DNA from: a virus | Reading direction: 5' to 3' (one strand) | IMG/VR virus record: IMGVR_UViG_3300028588_000820 | DNA length: 64,000 nt | Shown: positions 29,355 to 39,337 of the stretch, one piece after another | How the letters are laid out: each line of letters begins with the position of its first letter | Position numbering within the stretch: position 1 is the stretch's first letter | The notes under the pieces: generated by a model | What the model saw: only the letters and a program-made list of their open reading frames with translations | Told to the model about the DNA's origin: nothing | The model's database searches: none | Made by a program: the position numbers and the translations under genes

Positions 29355-29756
29355 ATGTTTAACGTATTTATTGGTATCATCCTTGGCTGTATTGCCTACT
29401 ACGTAAGCGTCGACCTCGCAATCGGTCTTGGCTTGCTTCTCCTCATCCTCAACCCGCGCATCGTTGTAAAACGTGTCGTGCCAAAAGTCGATCAAAAAGC
29501 TTTGAAAGAAGAACTCGACAAACAACCAATTGAACAATACTCCGATAACATCATCGGCAAGTATATGGACAATCCAATCCACGAATTCATCGTGGTCAAA
29601 AATCAAGCGACAGGAATTTGCCGTCGTTTCGACTATTTTGATATTATTCCTTGCAACAACTCCGGTGATTTCATTGCCGCTCCCTCACCCGGTCAAGTGT
29701 TCCTTAGCACTGGTCTTATCTACCAAGATTCCGGCGTCGTTGTTCAACCTCAATAA
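29355..29756 (+). CDS. Membrane-anchored hypothetical protein
   Basis: N-terminal TM segments. Confidence 0.6.
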   Translation: MFNVFIGIILGCIAYYVSVDLAIGLGLLLLILNPRIVVKRVVPKVDQKALKEELDKQPIEQYSDNIIGKYMDNPIHEFIVVKNQATGICRRFDYFDIIPCNNSGDFIAAPSPGQVFLSTGLIYQDSGVVVQPQ

Positions 29757-29767
29757 TCAAAAATAAT

Positions 29768-30937
29768 ATGGATCACTCGATCGTACCGATCGAATGGAAG
29801 AAATTCCTTTCGACTGTTCAAACGCTGTTCCCTGATGCCGTCATTGCTGGCGGTGCTCTTCGAGACCTTATCGTTGAGAAGCAAGTCAAAGACGTCGACA
29901 TCTTCGTCTCCGACATGGATATGAATGTCAACATCATCGAGAATGGCCAGCTCCAAAAGCTAGCCGAGACCCTCGGTATCGTGTACCTCAACGAAGACGA
30001 AGAATCTGATCGCGACTTCGTTCGAGTCGATAACGACTTCAAACAGGTCAAGACGGACATTTTCGATCGCAATGTCAAAGCCGCAATCAAATCGTCTGAG
30101 TACATGGACGGCGACGATCAGCGATCCATCTACGAGTCGTTCATCAACTACATCGTTACCGTCAAGTACAACAGCGTTCTGTACCAACTGATCTTCATCG
30201 AAGCTCCGACGAAGCAGTATGTCTACAACGACTTCGACTTCGGCATCTGCAAAATCTTCTTCGATGGTAACAAGCTTACCGTCACTGAAGAATTCTGGTA
30301 TGACCTCGAGAACAAGCAAATCACCTTTGCCGGCAAGTTCTCAACCGGTCAAGCAATCCACACTCTATTCGTCCATCGCGAGAACATGGTCAAGAAATTC
30401 CCAGGTTGGAAGGTCGTGATCGATGATCTGAAAAAGCGTGGACCGGACGAAATGCCTCCTTCGTACCGCAACATGACGGAACGGGTTGCTAAAGAAGTGG
30501 AGCGCGCTATTGAGCGTGAAAAAGCCAAGGTCGTGATCACCACCAGTCAGGTCAATGAAGATGGTAATGGTGTGTACTACGATGCCAACTCTGGTATGTA
30601 CATCGACTCGAAATCGGGCGACATGTTCGTGCAAGGTGCAGACGGCAAGAAGATTCGTTTGGTTGACTTCGCTAATAAATGGCAAACACCAGATGACCCG
30701 TATGAGGTCAAGAATCTCTGGGACCAACATGCGCTGAAGCCACAAAATCCTTGGATCGATACCGATTCGGTTTATCAAAACCTCAAGGAAGCCGAGCGCA
30801 AAGCAATGATGGAGACGAGAATAAAAGTCGACATGTCACAATACTTCGGCGACATTGAAAAAGCCAAGATGATGGGTATGAGCATCGACGAGTACTACGA
30901 AATTCGCGAAAGCCTCGAAAGAGAAGCATTCGACTAA
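29768..30937 (+). CDS. tRNA nucleotidyltransferase/poly(A) polymerase-like protein with unusual C-terminal tail
   Basis: IAGGALRD...KDVDIF, FDFGICK. Confidence 0.75.
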   Translation: MDHSIVPIEWKKFLSTVQTLFPDAVIAGGALRDLIVEKQVKDVDIFVSDMDMNVNIIENGQLQKLAETLGIVYLNEDEESDRDFVRVDNDFKQVKTDIFDRNVKAAIKSSEYMDGDDQRSIYESFINYIVTVKYNSVLYQLIFIEAPTKQYVYNDFDFGICKIFFDGNKLTVTEEFWYDLENKQITFAGKFSTGQAIHTLFVHRENMVKKFPGWKVVIDDLKKRGPDEMPPSYRNMTERVAKEVERAIEREKAKVVITTSQVNEDGNGVYYDANSGMYIDSKSGDMFVQGADGKKIRLVDFANKWQTPDDPYEVKNLWDQHALKPQNPWIDTDSVYQNLKEAERKAMMETRIKVDMSQYFGDIEKAKMMGMSIDEYYEIRESLEREAFD

Positions 30938-30953
30938 CACACAAAGGAAATAT

Positions 30954-31586
30954 ATGATTCAAATTCTAGCAGAGCCACGTTTGCCAGCAACCGAGCCAGG
31001 CAATGCCCTAACCCTCGATGCAAGCCTAATCGCACCGACCAATCTGATCGACGATGCGAAGATTGCAATCGAAATTTCGGTAAACGATGGTCAGCCAGCA
31101 ACCGAGAACTCGGATGAGGTGCCACCAACCCAGCTGTACTTCATGATGTCGCTGAACGAGACTGCTGAACTGATCGACGAATTGGTTGGTCTACGCGACC
31201 AAGCAATGCTGGAGCGATCAGCTGTTCTTGAACAGGCACTCGAGTTCCGCAGCGCCCAGCTCGCATGCGCAAAAGGTCAAGTGGGTGCACTTGAGGTGCT
31301 CAAGGTCGCCGACAGTGACCGCGGAGCAGTAGGCTTTGGTTTCTACAACCTCATCTACACCGATGACTCAGGCGACAACACGGTGATCGCTCACGTCAAA
31401 GATATCGAGTGCTACGTTCCGTTCATCGAAGAAGAACAGTACGAATGGCTCCGCACTTTGGTCGGTGGCAATCATGCCTACACCACTTCGATCAAGATTC
31501 AGCTGACCGGCTTCAATCTCGAAGACATCCGCAACAACTTTATTCAAGACCTGACTGCAAACCTGGAGGCCCAACGCAATGCGTAA
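30954..31586 (+). CDS. Hypothetical acidic protein
   Basis: AAGGA SD. Confidence 0.7.
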   Translation: MIQILAEPRLPATEPGNALTLDASLIAPTNLIDDAKIAIEISVNDGQPATENSDEVPPTQLYFMMSLNETAELIDELVGLRDQAMLERSAVLEQALEFRSAQLACAKGQVGALEVLKVADSDRGAVGFGFYNLIYTDDSGDNTVIAHVKDIECYVPFIEEEQYEWLRTLVGGNHAYTTSIKIQLTGFNLEDIRNNFIQDLTANLEAQRNA

Positions 31587-31956
31587 TATTTTCCAGGCAC
31601 AGCTGGATAACAGCACTCCGACCGACGGCAACTTTCTGCAGTCAGTGACGCGTGAGCAAATGCTTGAGACCTTTGCGACTCTGCAGCGGATGGACCCCGT
31701 CACGTATGCAAATCCAGAAGCATATCTGGATGCCAAGATGGCTGATTACAAAAAGCATCTTGGCGAAAAGGTCGTGTACTTTCTGGCATACCACGCACCA
31801 AAGGCAATGCCTGATGGTACGGAAGCACGATGCAGCGTGTATCGTGCATGGGAAAGCGAAATCGATTCGCTAGCTGATACGTGGGAAGTTCTGCAGCCGA
31901 CCTTCGTCGATAACTCGACCCTACCACGCTTGAAGGAGAAAGGCAACTATGAGTAA
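31579..31956 (+). CDS. Hypothetical protein
   Basis: GGAGG SD. Confidence 0.65.
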   Translation: MRNIFQAQLDNSTPTDGNFLQSVTREQMLETFATLQRMDPVTYANPEAYLDAKMADYKKHLGEKVVYFLAYHAPKAMPDGTEARCSVYRAWESEIDSLADTWEVLQPTFVDNSTLPRLKEKGNYE

Positions 31957-32344
31957 TCGTAGCTACCCAAGTATCCATAGCGAAGAGTATCAGCGCATCG
32001 TCGACCTCGTCAAAAACTCGAAGACCGATATCGAGTATCGCAAAGCTTGTCAAGAGCTTTTGATCTATACCGACTTGCACATCGACAAGATTTGTGCCGA
32101 ATACGAAAAGCGTGTTGGTGTTCGTCCTTATCAAGCAGGCACCATGGTGTACTGCAAGGTCGAAGGACACTTGGTTCGCAACGGTCGTGTTTACGGTCAT
32201 CGTGTAACCGAGGTTAGTGGTCATGAACCAAAGCTCGAGTACTACGTCCAGCTGTTCTACGAAGGTGTGGTGCCAAGCGATCGTGACGTTGCATTCCTAT
32301 CGTCAAATCAGGTTTTCGATAAAGCCGAGGAAGCATTCGCATGA
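31949..32344 (+). CDS. Hypothetical protein
   Basis: Coupled ORF. Confidence 0.65.
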   Translation: MSNRSYPSIHSEEYQRIVDLVKNSKTDIEYRKACQELLIYTDLHIDKICAEYEKRVGVRPYQAGTMVYCKVEGHLVRNGRVYGHRVTEVSGHEPKLEYYVQLFYEGVVPSDRDVAFLSSNQVFDKAEEAFA

Positions 32345-32536
32345 AGAAAATCGACCGTACAGCGTTGTTGAGAACTGTATGGATTGCTAGTGCGATCGCA
32401 GCAGTTTTTACCCATAGCGGGGTATACTGTCTACTACCAGCTGCGGTGGTAACGTTCTTTGCGTTCCTCACCGAAGACTAAGAGACAAAACTCGGGGATA
32501 AATACCTTCATCAGTGGTTATCCCCGAGAACAAAAT

Positions 32537-32905
32537 ATGAAACTACAAGAATTAAGACTCAACGAAGGCTTGGTAGACATTTCAGTTTTGATGACTATCC
32601 GTTCAGTAGCAATGAATGGAGTGTCAAGCAATGCAGATGTGTTCACCATGTCAAAAGCGTTAATGGCAATCGAGAAGGGTTATACCTTCAATGCTTCAAA
32701 CTTCAATGCGTACTATAACGAATTTTCACCTCCGAAAACCGTTATCGATGCAGTGAAAGGATTGTCAGCCGACAACGCAAAGCAATTGGCTCTATTCCTA
32801 CTTCAAACCCTTGAAGCTAAGAACACCCAATTGGCATCATTAGGCTCTTTCAAGAGCATTGGCGAAATCATAGCTTATGCTACAAGAGCAGAGGCTAATG
32901 ACTAA
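32537..32905 (+). CDS. Putative late/virion protein
   Basis: GATAAATA at 32497; MKLQELRLNE. Confidence 0.65.
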   Translation: MKLQELRLNEGLVDISVLMTIRSVAMNGVSSNADVFTMSKALMAIEKGYTFNASNFNAYYNEFSPPKTVIDAVKGLSADNAKQLALFLLQTLEAKNTQLASLGSFKSIGEIIAYATRAEAND

Positions 32906-32942
32906 ACCATCATCCTAAAACAATAATAATAAAGGAATACTG

Positions 32943-33656
32943 ATGCCTAAGAAGAAATATGATGCGCCTGTAAAAGATACTTTCATGCGCAATAAGCTAC
33001 AAGCAAAGAACTATTCGCAAGAGTTGTACATGCAACATTTGCGAGATGATCCGGTTATTCTGGGTCAAGGTCCTGCTGGTTCTGGTAAGACGTTCATCGC
33101 TACCGGTATTGCAGTTGAAAAACTGCTAGCGAATGAGATTTCGAAAATCGTACTGACTCGTCCAGTTGTTGAGTCTGGTGAGAAGCTTGGCTTCCTACCT
33201 GGTACGCTTGAAGAAAAGATTCATCCATATTTGCTTCCTCTACTCGATGGACTTAACGTGCATTTAGGTCCGAAAAAGGTGCAGGATTTCCTAGCTGATG
33301 GTAAAATTGAAATCGCTCCATTGGCATATATGCGAGGAAGAACATTTGATAATTGTTTCGTGATTTTAGATGAAGCCGAAAACACGACGATCGATCAAAT
33401 GAAGCTGTTTCTCACTCGCATAGGTTATAATACAACCATGGCAATCAACGGTGATCATACGCAAACCGACTTAGATAAGCGTGTGGAAAACGGATTGACA
33501 TGGGCAGTACGAAAGCTCCGCGGCAAATCTGAAATGATCAGTGTCGTTGAGTTCTCGAAGAGTGATATCGTGCGTTCGCCTTTGATCGCAGTGTTGCTCA
33601 CCCATCTGGAATCTCCAGATGTCAAGGACCCGAAGCCTAAACAATTGAATGGCTAA
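32943..33656 (+). CDS. phoH: PhoH-family ATPase
   Basis: GPAGSGKT, LGFLPG, MRGRTF, LDEA. Confidence 0.95.
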   Translation: MPKKKYDAPVKDTFMRNKLQAKNYSQELYMQHLRDDPVILGQGPAGSGKTFIATGIAVEKLLANEISKIVLTRPVVESGEKLGFLPGTLEEKIHPYLLPLLDGLNVHLGPKKVQDFLADGKIEIAPLAYMRGRTFDNCFVILDEAENTTIDQMKLFLTRIGYNTTMAINGDHTQTDLDKRVENGLTWAVRKLRGKSEMISVVEFSKSDIVRSPLIAVLLTHLESPDVKDPKPKQLNG

Positions 33657-33697
33657 CGGTTATTTTTCTTAAATCAAAATAATATAGAGGTATCATC

Positions 33698-33955
33698 ATG
33701 GCAGTTATCGCACACACCACCCAATTCGCAAAAGTCGTCGAGGACCTGACCGAGCGTTTCGCAAAGGCAACCAAAGGCCTGCGCAACAACACTCGTGGGA
33801 CCCAACTGCACAAGTGGCAGTCCGACTTTGCTTACTACGTGAACGAGATCGTCACCGGCCCAGTCTACATCGCGCCGAAGATCATCGACAATGCGAATCG
33901 CTACATCGACGGCATCATCAAGCAACGTAAGGAAGAAGCAGCTCAAGCAGCATAA
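33698..33955 (+). CDS. Hypothetical protein
   Basis: GAGG SD, followed by terminator. Confidence 0.7.
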   Translation: MAVIAHTTQFAKVVEDLTERFAKATKGLRNNTRGTQLHKWQSDFAYYVNEIVTGPVYIAPKIIDNANRYIDGIIKQRKEEAAQAA

Positions 33956-33977
33956 TCGCTTCCAACTTCGTTCTCTG

Positions 33978-34006
33978 AAAAAGGCTACCAATTGGTAGCC
34001 TTTTTT
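33978..34006 (+). terminator. Intrinsic terminator
   Basis: AAAAAGGCTACC-AATT-GGTAGCCTTTTTT. Confidence 0.85.
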
Positions 34007-34133
34007 GCATCCAGCAAAATCATCCAGTAATACATTGACTGTGGTACTATAGTCAAGTAGCATCTCACCTCATCCTCCATTGCGAGGAATAACCTCCTTC
34101 CTAAACGACCACACAGATGGTCGAAAAATAAGA

Positions 34134-34751
34134 ATGACTAAAATCATCGGTATGTCTGGCGCCCATGGGACGGGCAAGTCAGCAACTCTCGAGTACATCA
34201 AAAACGATCCCATCATCGACAACATCAAAGTCGATGAATACAAGTTCTCACGCTCGGTTCTCAAATCACTCGGTCAAACTCTAGAAGAAGCGACCGCAAC
34301 AGTCGAATCAACCAAGTCGTACCAAACCAAAGTCTTAGACTCGGTTCGTCGCAGGAATTATCTCCTGAAGCTCCTAGAGCCCCAAGGGGACGTTACCGTC
34401 AATTTGGTTGACAGATCAGTAGCCGACGTCTACGCGTACACCAGGCTATGGTCTGAGAAGAATAACATCGATGCCGAATGGTTCGAGAAGTTCGAAGCGA
34501 AATGTGCAGAGATGGTATCAGCCTATGATATTATTTTTCTGTTCCCAACCGGCAAAATTCCATTCGTTGACGATGGAGTTCGCGCCAAAGAGGATACTCA
34601 AGCCTCAATTGCTCAATACATCAGCGAGTTCCTTGCAAAGTACGCAAAGCGCTACTACGTTGTTCAATCAACCTCGATTGAAGACAGAGCATCAGAAATT
34701 CAAATCGTTCTACACATGCTTTCGCTACGCCCTCCTGTTGCGCAAGCGTAA
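34134..34751 (+). CDS. P-loop nucleotide kinase (AAA_28/NadR-like)
   Basis: GAHGTGKS, DRSVAD..AY, DDGVR. Confidence 0.8.
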   Translation: MTKIIGMSGAHGTGKSATLEYIKNDPIIDNIKVDEYKFSRSVLKSLGQTLEEATATVESTKSYQTKVLDSVRRRNYLLKLLEPQGDVTVNLVDRSVADVYAYTRLWSEKNNIDAEWFEKFEAKCAEMVSAYDIIFLFPTGKIPFVDDGVRAKEDTQASIAQYISEFLAKYAKRYYVVQSTSIEDRASEIQIVLHMLSLRPPVAQA

Positions 34752-34774
34752 AATAACTTCAAACAAAAATAATA

Positions 34775-35368
34775 ATGCAACTGACTCAACGTCCTCTACC
34801 TAAATACGGCTTTGGCATTGACTGGGAAACCTCGGGCTCTGCCTGGGGTGAAGACTCCACCATTGATTATCAAGGCGTTTCGTTTGGCGCAGTGGTATTT
34901 GACCTGGCAACATTTGAGCCAGTAGAAACCATCTACCGTGAAATCAAGTTCGATGCGACTCGGTACAAATGGTCCGAAGGTGCACAGAAAGTCCACGGGC
35001 TATCACGTGAACACCTAGAAGCAAATGGCGTCACTCAAGAAGAAGCTTCGGTCGCCTTGATGGAAATGTACATCAAGTACTTCGCACCAGACGAACGTGT
35101 CTTCATCATCGGTCACCACACCGACTTCGACATCAAGTTCACGCAACAACTGCTTGAACAGTTCGGCATCATGTTCCAAGTTGGCGCCACCATCATGGAC
35201 ACGGCCGGCACTGGCTTGATCAACTTCGGCATTCACAAGTCGGAAGACTTGTTCCAATTCCTCGGTCTACCGGCTCGCACCACTCACAATGCGCTTGAAG
35301 ACATTCTTCTGACCTTGAAGGCTGCGCAAACGATGCGTGCGATCTTCAACGCTGCACTGAACGGCTGA
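34775..35368 (+). CDS. DEDDh 3'-5' exonuclease
   Basis: DWETSG, H..FD, HNALED. Confidence 0.88.
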   Translation: MQLTQRPLPKYGFGIDWETSGSAWGEDSTIDYQGVSFGAVVFDLATFEPVETIYREIKFDATRYKWSEGAQKVHGLSREHLEANGVTQEEASVALMEMYIKYFAPDERVFIIGHHTDFDIKFTQQLLEQFGIMFQVGATIMDTAGTGLINFGIHKSEDLFQFLGLPARTTHNALEDILLTLKAAQTMRAIFNAALNG

Positions 35369-35370
35369 TC

Positions 35371-35583
35371 ATGATCAGCTTCGAACTTCACAACGCGATC
35401 GCGAATGAGCGAATCAAGCTGAAGGCGAAGAATCATCCTCGTATCAAGGTCGAAGGGAACACTGTTCACATCGATGCTTGGTGCGATGGTGACGAGGAAG
35501 AAGCGAACCGCGTCATCCTCATGACTCGCAAGTATCGCACACTCGTTGAGCAAGCATACCAACTTCAACAGGATCAAGCATAA
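35371..35583 (+). CDS. Hypothetical protein
   Basis: Packed ORF. Confidence 0.55.
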   Translation: MISFELHNAIANERIKLKAKNHPRIKVEGNTVHIDAWCDGDEEEANRVILMTRKYRTLVEQAYQLQQDQA

Positions 35584-35963
35584 TGTTTGGCATGGGCAGT
35601 TTCTACGAAACACAAGCATACGAGTCGGCCGAGAGCGAATACTTCGATGGAGAATGTAGTGGCCCACGCTACTATCCTTCTGTTCGGAAGACTTGTAAGC
35701 ATTGTGGCCAAGGTGGATTCACCTGGAAGATGCATGCAGGAAATTGGCGAATGGTCGACTCAAGTGGTAAAATCCATGCGTGCCTAACCGAAAAGGCGGC
35801 AGCAAATAAGAAGGCGAAAGCCGCATCAATATCGAAGACCGATAACCTCGTCTTCGTCAAGAAACAATCTCCATATCGTCCCGACGAACAAACCATCGAC
35901 GACTTTGTCGACTTGATGCTGCAGGAGATGGAGCTTGAATTGATGCACGAATTCAACCACTAA
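35583..35963 (+). CDS. Zinc-ribbon hypothetical protein
   Basis: CKHCG...W...H.C. Confidence 0.6.
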   Translation: MFGMGSFYETQAYESAESEYFDGECSGPRYYPSVRKTCKHCGQGGFTWKMHAGNWRMVDSSGKIHACLTEKAAANKKAKAASISKTDNLVFVKKQSPYRPDEQTIDDFVDLMLQEMELELMHEFNH

Positions 35964-35992
35964 CATACACTTCCTCTACGGTTTAATGTACA

Positions 35993-36268
35993 ATGACTAT
36001 CTGGGATAAAGACTCGATCAAACAGAAGATTGCTGGTTCCAACGCTTGGGTTGCCAGAGCAATTTGGGTTCTTGCTGATGCGGGAACTTCGCTTCGCTTG
36101 GACACCCCTGAGCTGGAACAACAGGCAAAGGATGACGTGAAGTTCTTCCAGAACTTGCGTGACTTCTTCAAAGACAATGGCTTCTTCACTGATCGCCACA
36201 TTTCAGTGGCACGAAACAAAATTCGTGAGCCTTACTTCGATTATCTGACAATGGCAGCAAACTGTTAA
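35993..36268 (+). CDS. Hypothetical protein
   Basis: ORF. Confidence 0.6.
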   Translation: MTIWDKDSIKQKIAGSNAWVARAIWVLADAGTSLRLDTPELEQQAKDDVKFFQNLRDFFKDNGFFTDRHISVARNKIREPYFDYLTMAANC

Positions 36269-36278
36269 AGGAAACTTC

Positions 36279-36566
36279 ATGGCAATGTATAACGTCTCCA
36301 CTACGCAACTCATCGTTGCAACCGTCTTCTCTGCACTGATCGGTGCTGGTGCGGTTGTCAGCTACATGCAGTTCAAGGAAAAGCAGGCGTGGCCAGTCGT
36401 CCACACGAGCACTGATGGTTCGTGCACGAAGGTCATGAACCTCCGCAATGGTGACGCATACAACTGCGAGGACGTCGATGTGCTGCTCCGTCAGTACCGT
36501 GTCGAAGCTGCAGTGCCAGAAGTCAAGGCGAAAGAAGAAACTACGCAAGAAGTCGCCAAATCCTAA
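36279..36566 (+). CDS. Membrane-anchored hypothetical protein
   Basis: AAGGA SD; N-terminal TM. Confidence 0.65.
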   Translation: MAMYNVSTTQLIVATVFSALIGAGAVVSYMQFKEKQAWPVVHTSTDGSCTKVMNLRNGDAYNCEDVDVLLRQYRVEAAVPEVKAKEETTQEVAKS

Positions 36567-36612
36567 GAGGTCTGGCGTGGGATAAATAAGGAAAACATCC
36601 TTATGAGTAACC

Positions 36613-37692
36613 ATGTCAAACTTCGAAGTATTCAAGTGCAGCGTATGTAATCGCCACATCGAAAAACAAGTCGATCAAAAAAGAGCGCCGATCAGCAAGT
36701 GTACCATCACGTACAAATGCGTCGGCACTCTCCTCAAGGTAAGCGAAAGCGACTCCAAAACTATGACCGGTCCGGCAACGGACGTAGCACTCGCTAACTG
36801 GGTGCCACGTGGTCAAAGTGCCTCAAATACTTCCGTCGAATCTGTCTCTGGCCCAGTCACGATCAATACTGCGCAGGACACTTTGTCCATTGCAGTTCGT
36901 GATGATCTTCAAACTGCTGATGAACTATCGGCGCGCTTTGAAATCAAGAAGCTGACTAACGCCTCGTACGTTGAGTATTTCTACAATCGTCCATCGAACA
37001 CCATCTTGATTTCTGGTCAGGATGATTCATCCAAGCGCCTCGCACTTCGCTTCGTGAATGGTACTACTCCGGATAAGATCGCTGTGTATCTGAACGGAGT
37101 TGAAATGGATGCGTCAGGATACGATAGGAGCGTCCCAGGACGCATCGTGTTCAATCAGGCATTGGTTGACGAGACAAATCAAATCAGAGTCCTGGTGTAC
37201 AAACAGGATGCTTCCTCGTACCTTACTCTGACTTTCGCGAGAAATGATTTGTCGACAGTGAAGAACCATTCAGTCTCAGCATGGGGCAATGTTGAATCAG
37301 TTGCATTCCCGAAATATAAGTGCTCAGTGTTTACCTGCACGGATGTCTCTATCGTGCCGATCAATTCAAAACTTGTATTGGTCGATGTTTCTGTCAAGAG
37401 CACCGGAGAAGTATTGGCGCCAAACGCTGGCTATCTGGTCATCGCGGACGCTCCATACTCGTCATACGACCGCAACCTCAATAACGCGATTAGCCTTTTC
37501 TCGTTAATCGGCAACGCCGTAATTGTGGAGTATAAGAAGGACGTAAAGAATTCGCCTAAGTTCTACGTGGTTCACGATGCGATCCAAAGTATCTTCCCGC
37601 CTATAGCGATTCTTTCAAAAGCTTCCGATGATATTGACACTAATAAAGTCAACGATTCGAATACGAAGTTGATGAATGCGTTTATCACCTAA
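36613..37692 (+). CDS. Late protein, probably structural
   Basis: GATAAATA at 36581; N-terminal CxxC..C..C; beta-rich VYLNGVE. Confidence 0.65.
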   Translation: MSNFEVFKCSVCNRHIEKQVDQKRAPISKCTITYKCVGTLLKVSESDSKTMTGPATDVALANWVPRGQSASNTSVESVSGPVTINTAQDTLSIAVRDDLQTADELSARFEIKKLTNASYVEYFYNRPSNTILISGQDDSSKRLALRFVNGTTPDKIAVYLNGVEMDASGYDRSVPGRIVFNQALVDETNQIRVLVYKQDASSYLTLTFARNDLSTVKNHSVSAWGNVESVAFPKYKCSVFTCTDVSIVPINSKLVLVDVSVKSTGEVLAPNAGYLVIADAPYSSYDRNLNNAISLFSLIGNAVIVEYKKDVKNSPKFYVVHDAIQSIFPPIAILSKASDDIDTNKVNDSNTKLMNAFIT

Positions 37693-37742
37693 GGCGAAAT
37701 CCGAATGGTATAATTAGCTCTGCAGTTCATAACAACAATAAT

Positions 37743-38138
37743 ATGCTAGACCTAAAATTCTTCTATATTGTAGAGCTAAATCTACAACACCGAGCCGTTC
37801 AGCGACTTCCGATTGCCCAAGAGTTCAGCGAACAATCATGGCTTGCCCTCACCTCCGAAGCCTTCACCAGCGATATTGAATGTATCGCTGCGTGCAAGAA
37901 GCTGATGAAAGACAAAACCAAGTTCTTCAATGAAGATCAACGAGTAAAGTTCTCCTTTGCGGAGAACCCAGCTCTAAGCTGCCCGATTGAAAAATTGGAC
38001 GACTTAGACCTCAACGGCTTCAACGATGATTCTCTAGTCGAGATGTACGTTAAAGACGTGGATGATGAATGGATTATGCGTTCGTCGGTTCAAGTCTTTA
38101 GCATCGACTTCCCAACCGTTGATCGGAGACTCCACTAA
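37743..38138 (+). CDS. Hypothetical protein
   Basis: ACAATAATATG start. Confidence 0.65.
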   Translation: MLDLKFFYIVELNLQHRAVQRLPIAQEFSEQSWLALTSEAFTSDIECIAACKKLMKDKTKFFNEDQRVKFSFAENPALSCPIEKLDDLDLNGFNDDSLVEMYVKDVDDEWIMRSSVQVFSIDFPTVDRRLH

Positions 38139-38533
38139 TGAATGGCCTCAAGTTCTATTCAATGTTCGAGTTCCCAAAGAACAACGAGCATTTCCCGCAG
38201 CTAGCTTGGGACACTGAATTCCCAGGCATCAAGCAAGCAATTGCTGGTTCGGCAGAGTACCAAACATACGAAGCTTGTACCGAAGCTGCAATCAAGTTCC
38301 TGAAACAGAAACTTGCTGTTCTAAATGCGACCGAAGAGCGCTACAAAATCTACTTCGAAAAGAATCAGTTCAACGATACACAGAGCAGTTTCGAACAAAA
38401 CGAAGTGGTGAAAATTTATATCGCTGATTCGCTCGAAACCGTTTATAATAATGTGTTCCAAGCTCGAGTATACTTCGTCAAATCGCTTGACGATGCTGCA
38501 TCATACTTCGACGCGCCAACTACCCTCCAGTAA
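38138..38533 (+). CDS. Hypothetical protein (paralogue of 37743-38138)
   Basis: Same length; shared motifs. Confidence 0.65.
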   Translation: MNGLKFYSMFEFPKNNEHFPQLAWDTEFPGIKQAIAGSAEYQTYEACTEAAIKFLKQKLAVLNATEERYKIYFEKNQFNDTQSSFEQNEVVKIYIADSLETVYNNVFQARVYFVKSLDDAASYFDAPTTLQ

Positions 38534-38570
38534 CACCTCCCACCTTCATTCAAAAATAATAGGAAATATC

Positions 38571-38933
38571 ATGCGTCCACCAAAACAGAAAAAGCCAGAC
38601 TTCAACATCGACACCATCCTGAAAAACCCGGTCGATGCTCGTATGCTGAAATGTCTGATCGACACCGCTCTGATCAGCAAGACCAAAATCGATCTGGAAA
38701 ACGCAGCAATCGCTGACCAACGTAATGAAGCTAAGGACAAGCTAGGCATGCCACCGGCAGTGTTCAACAAGCTGGTGAGCGTGAAGCACAACCAAAGCCT
38801 CGCACAAGAACGGGCCAAGATGGAAACCACCGATGCAACTCTGGTTTCACTATACGGCGAAAACGGTGGCATCCTCGGCCCAGTGGCTGACTTCGACGGT
38901 GCAGACGACGACCTGTCCGGCGACTACGAGTAA
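38571..38933 (+). CDS. T4 DsbA-like dsDNA-binding protein
   Basis: I.D...EAK.KLG.P...FNKL...H pattern. Confidence 0.55.
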   Translation: MRPPKQKKPDFNIDTILKNPVDARMLKCLIDTALISKTKIDLENAAIADQRNEAKDKLGMPPAVFNKLVSVKHNQSLAQERAKMETTDATLVSLYGENGGILGPVADFDGADDDLSGDYE

Positions 38934-39310
38934 TGTCGAGCAATGTCAACGAGGCGTTGGCTAAGCAAGACATTGATACTCTACTAGCCTTCGCTGCATT
39001 TCGCGACACTCTCAAGTTCGATCGCTTCGACAACCTAGAGCCAGCCCAAATGGCTGCACTGACCAAATGGGTTGAAGACTTGATGCAAAACATCACACCA
39101 GCACAAATGGTCAACATCGTGTTGTATTACGAAACACGGTTAGCGAAGCTTGATGTTGAATCCGCTCGGCATAATATCCTCAAACAGGCAGTACGCGAAG
39201 TATTAGCCGAGCAATCATCAAAGTGCAATCATCAGTGGACGAAGATGTCAGGAAGCATGGCTGAATCTCACTATCGATGCACGGTCTGCGGTGAAGACGA
39301 TTGGCGATAA
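38933..39310 (+). CDS. Hypothetical protein with C-terminal zinc ribbon
   Basis: CNH...CTVC. Confidence 0.6.
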   Translation: MSSNVNEALAKQDIDTLLAFAAFRDTLKFDRFDNLEPAQMAALTKWVEDLMQNITPAQMVNIVLYYETRLAKLDVESARHNILKQAVREVLAEQSSKCNHQWTKMSGSMAESHYRCTVCGEDDWR

Positions 39311-39337
39311 GCCATAACAAAAATAATAGGAAATCTA

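Noticed and set aside
38933-39310. MSGSM as another out-of-context vWA motif
   Set aside because: A single short match lacking the Asp, inside a zinc ribbon; likely chance.
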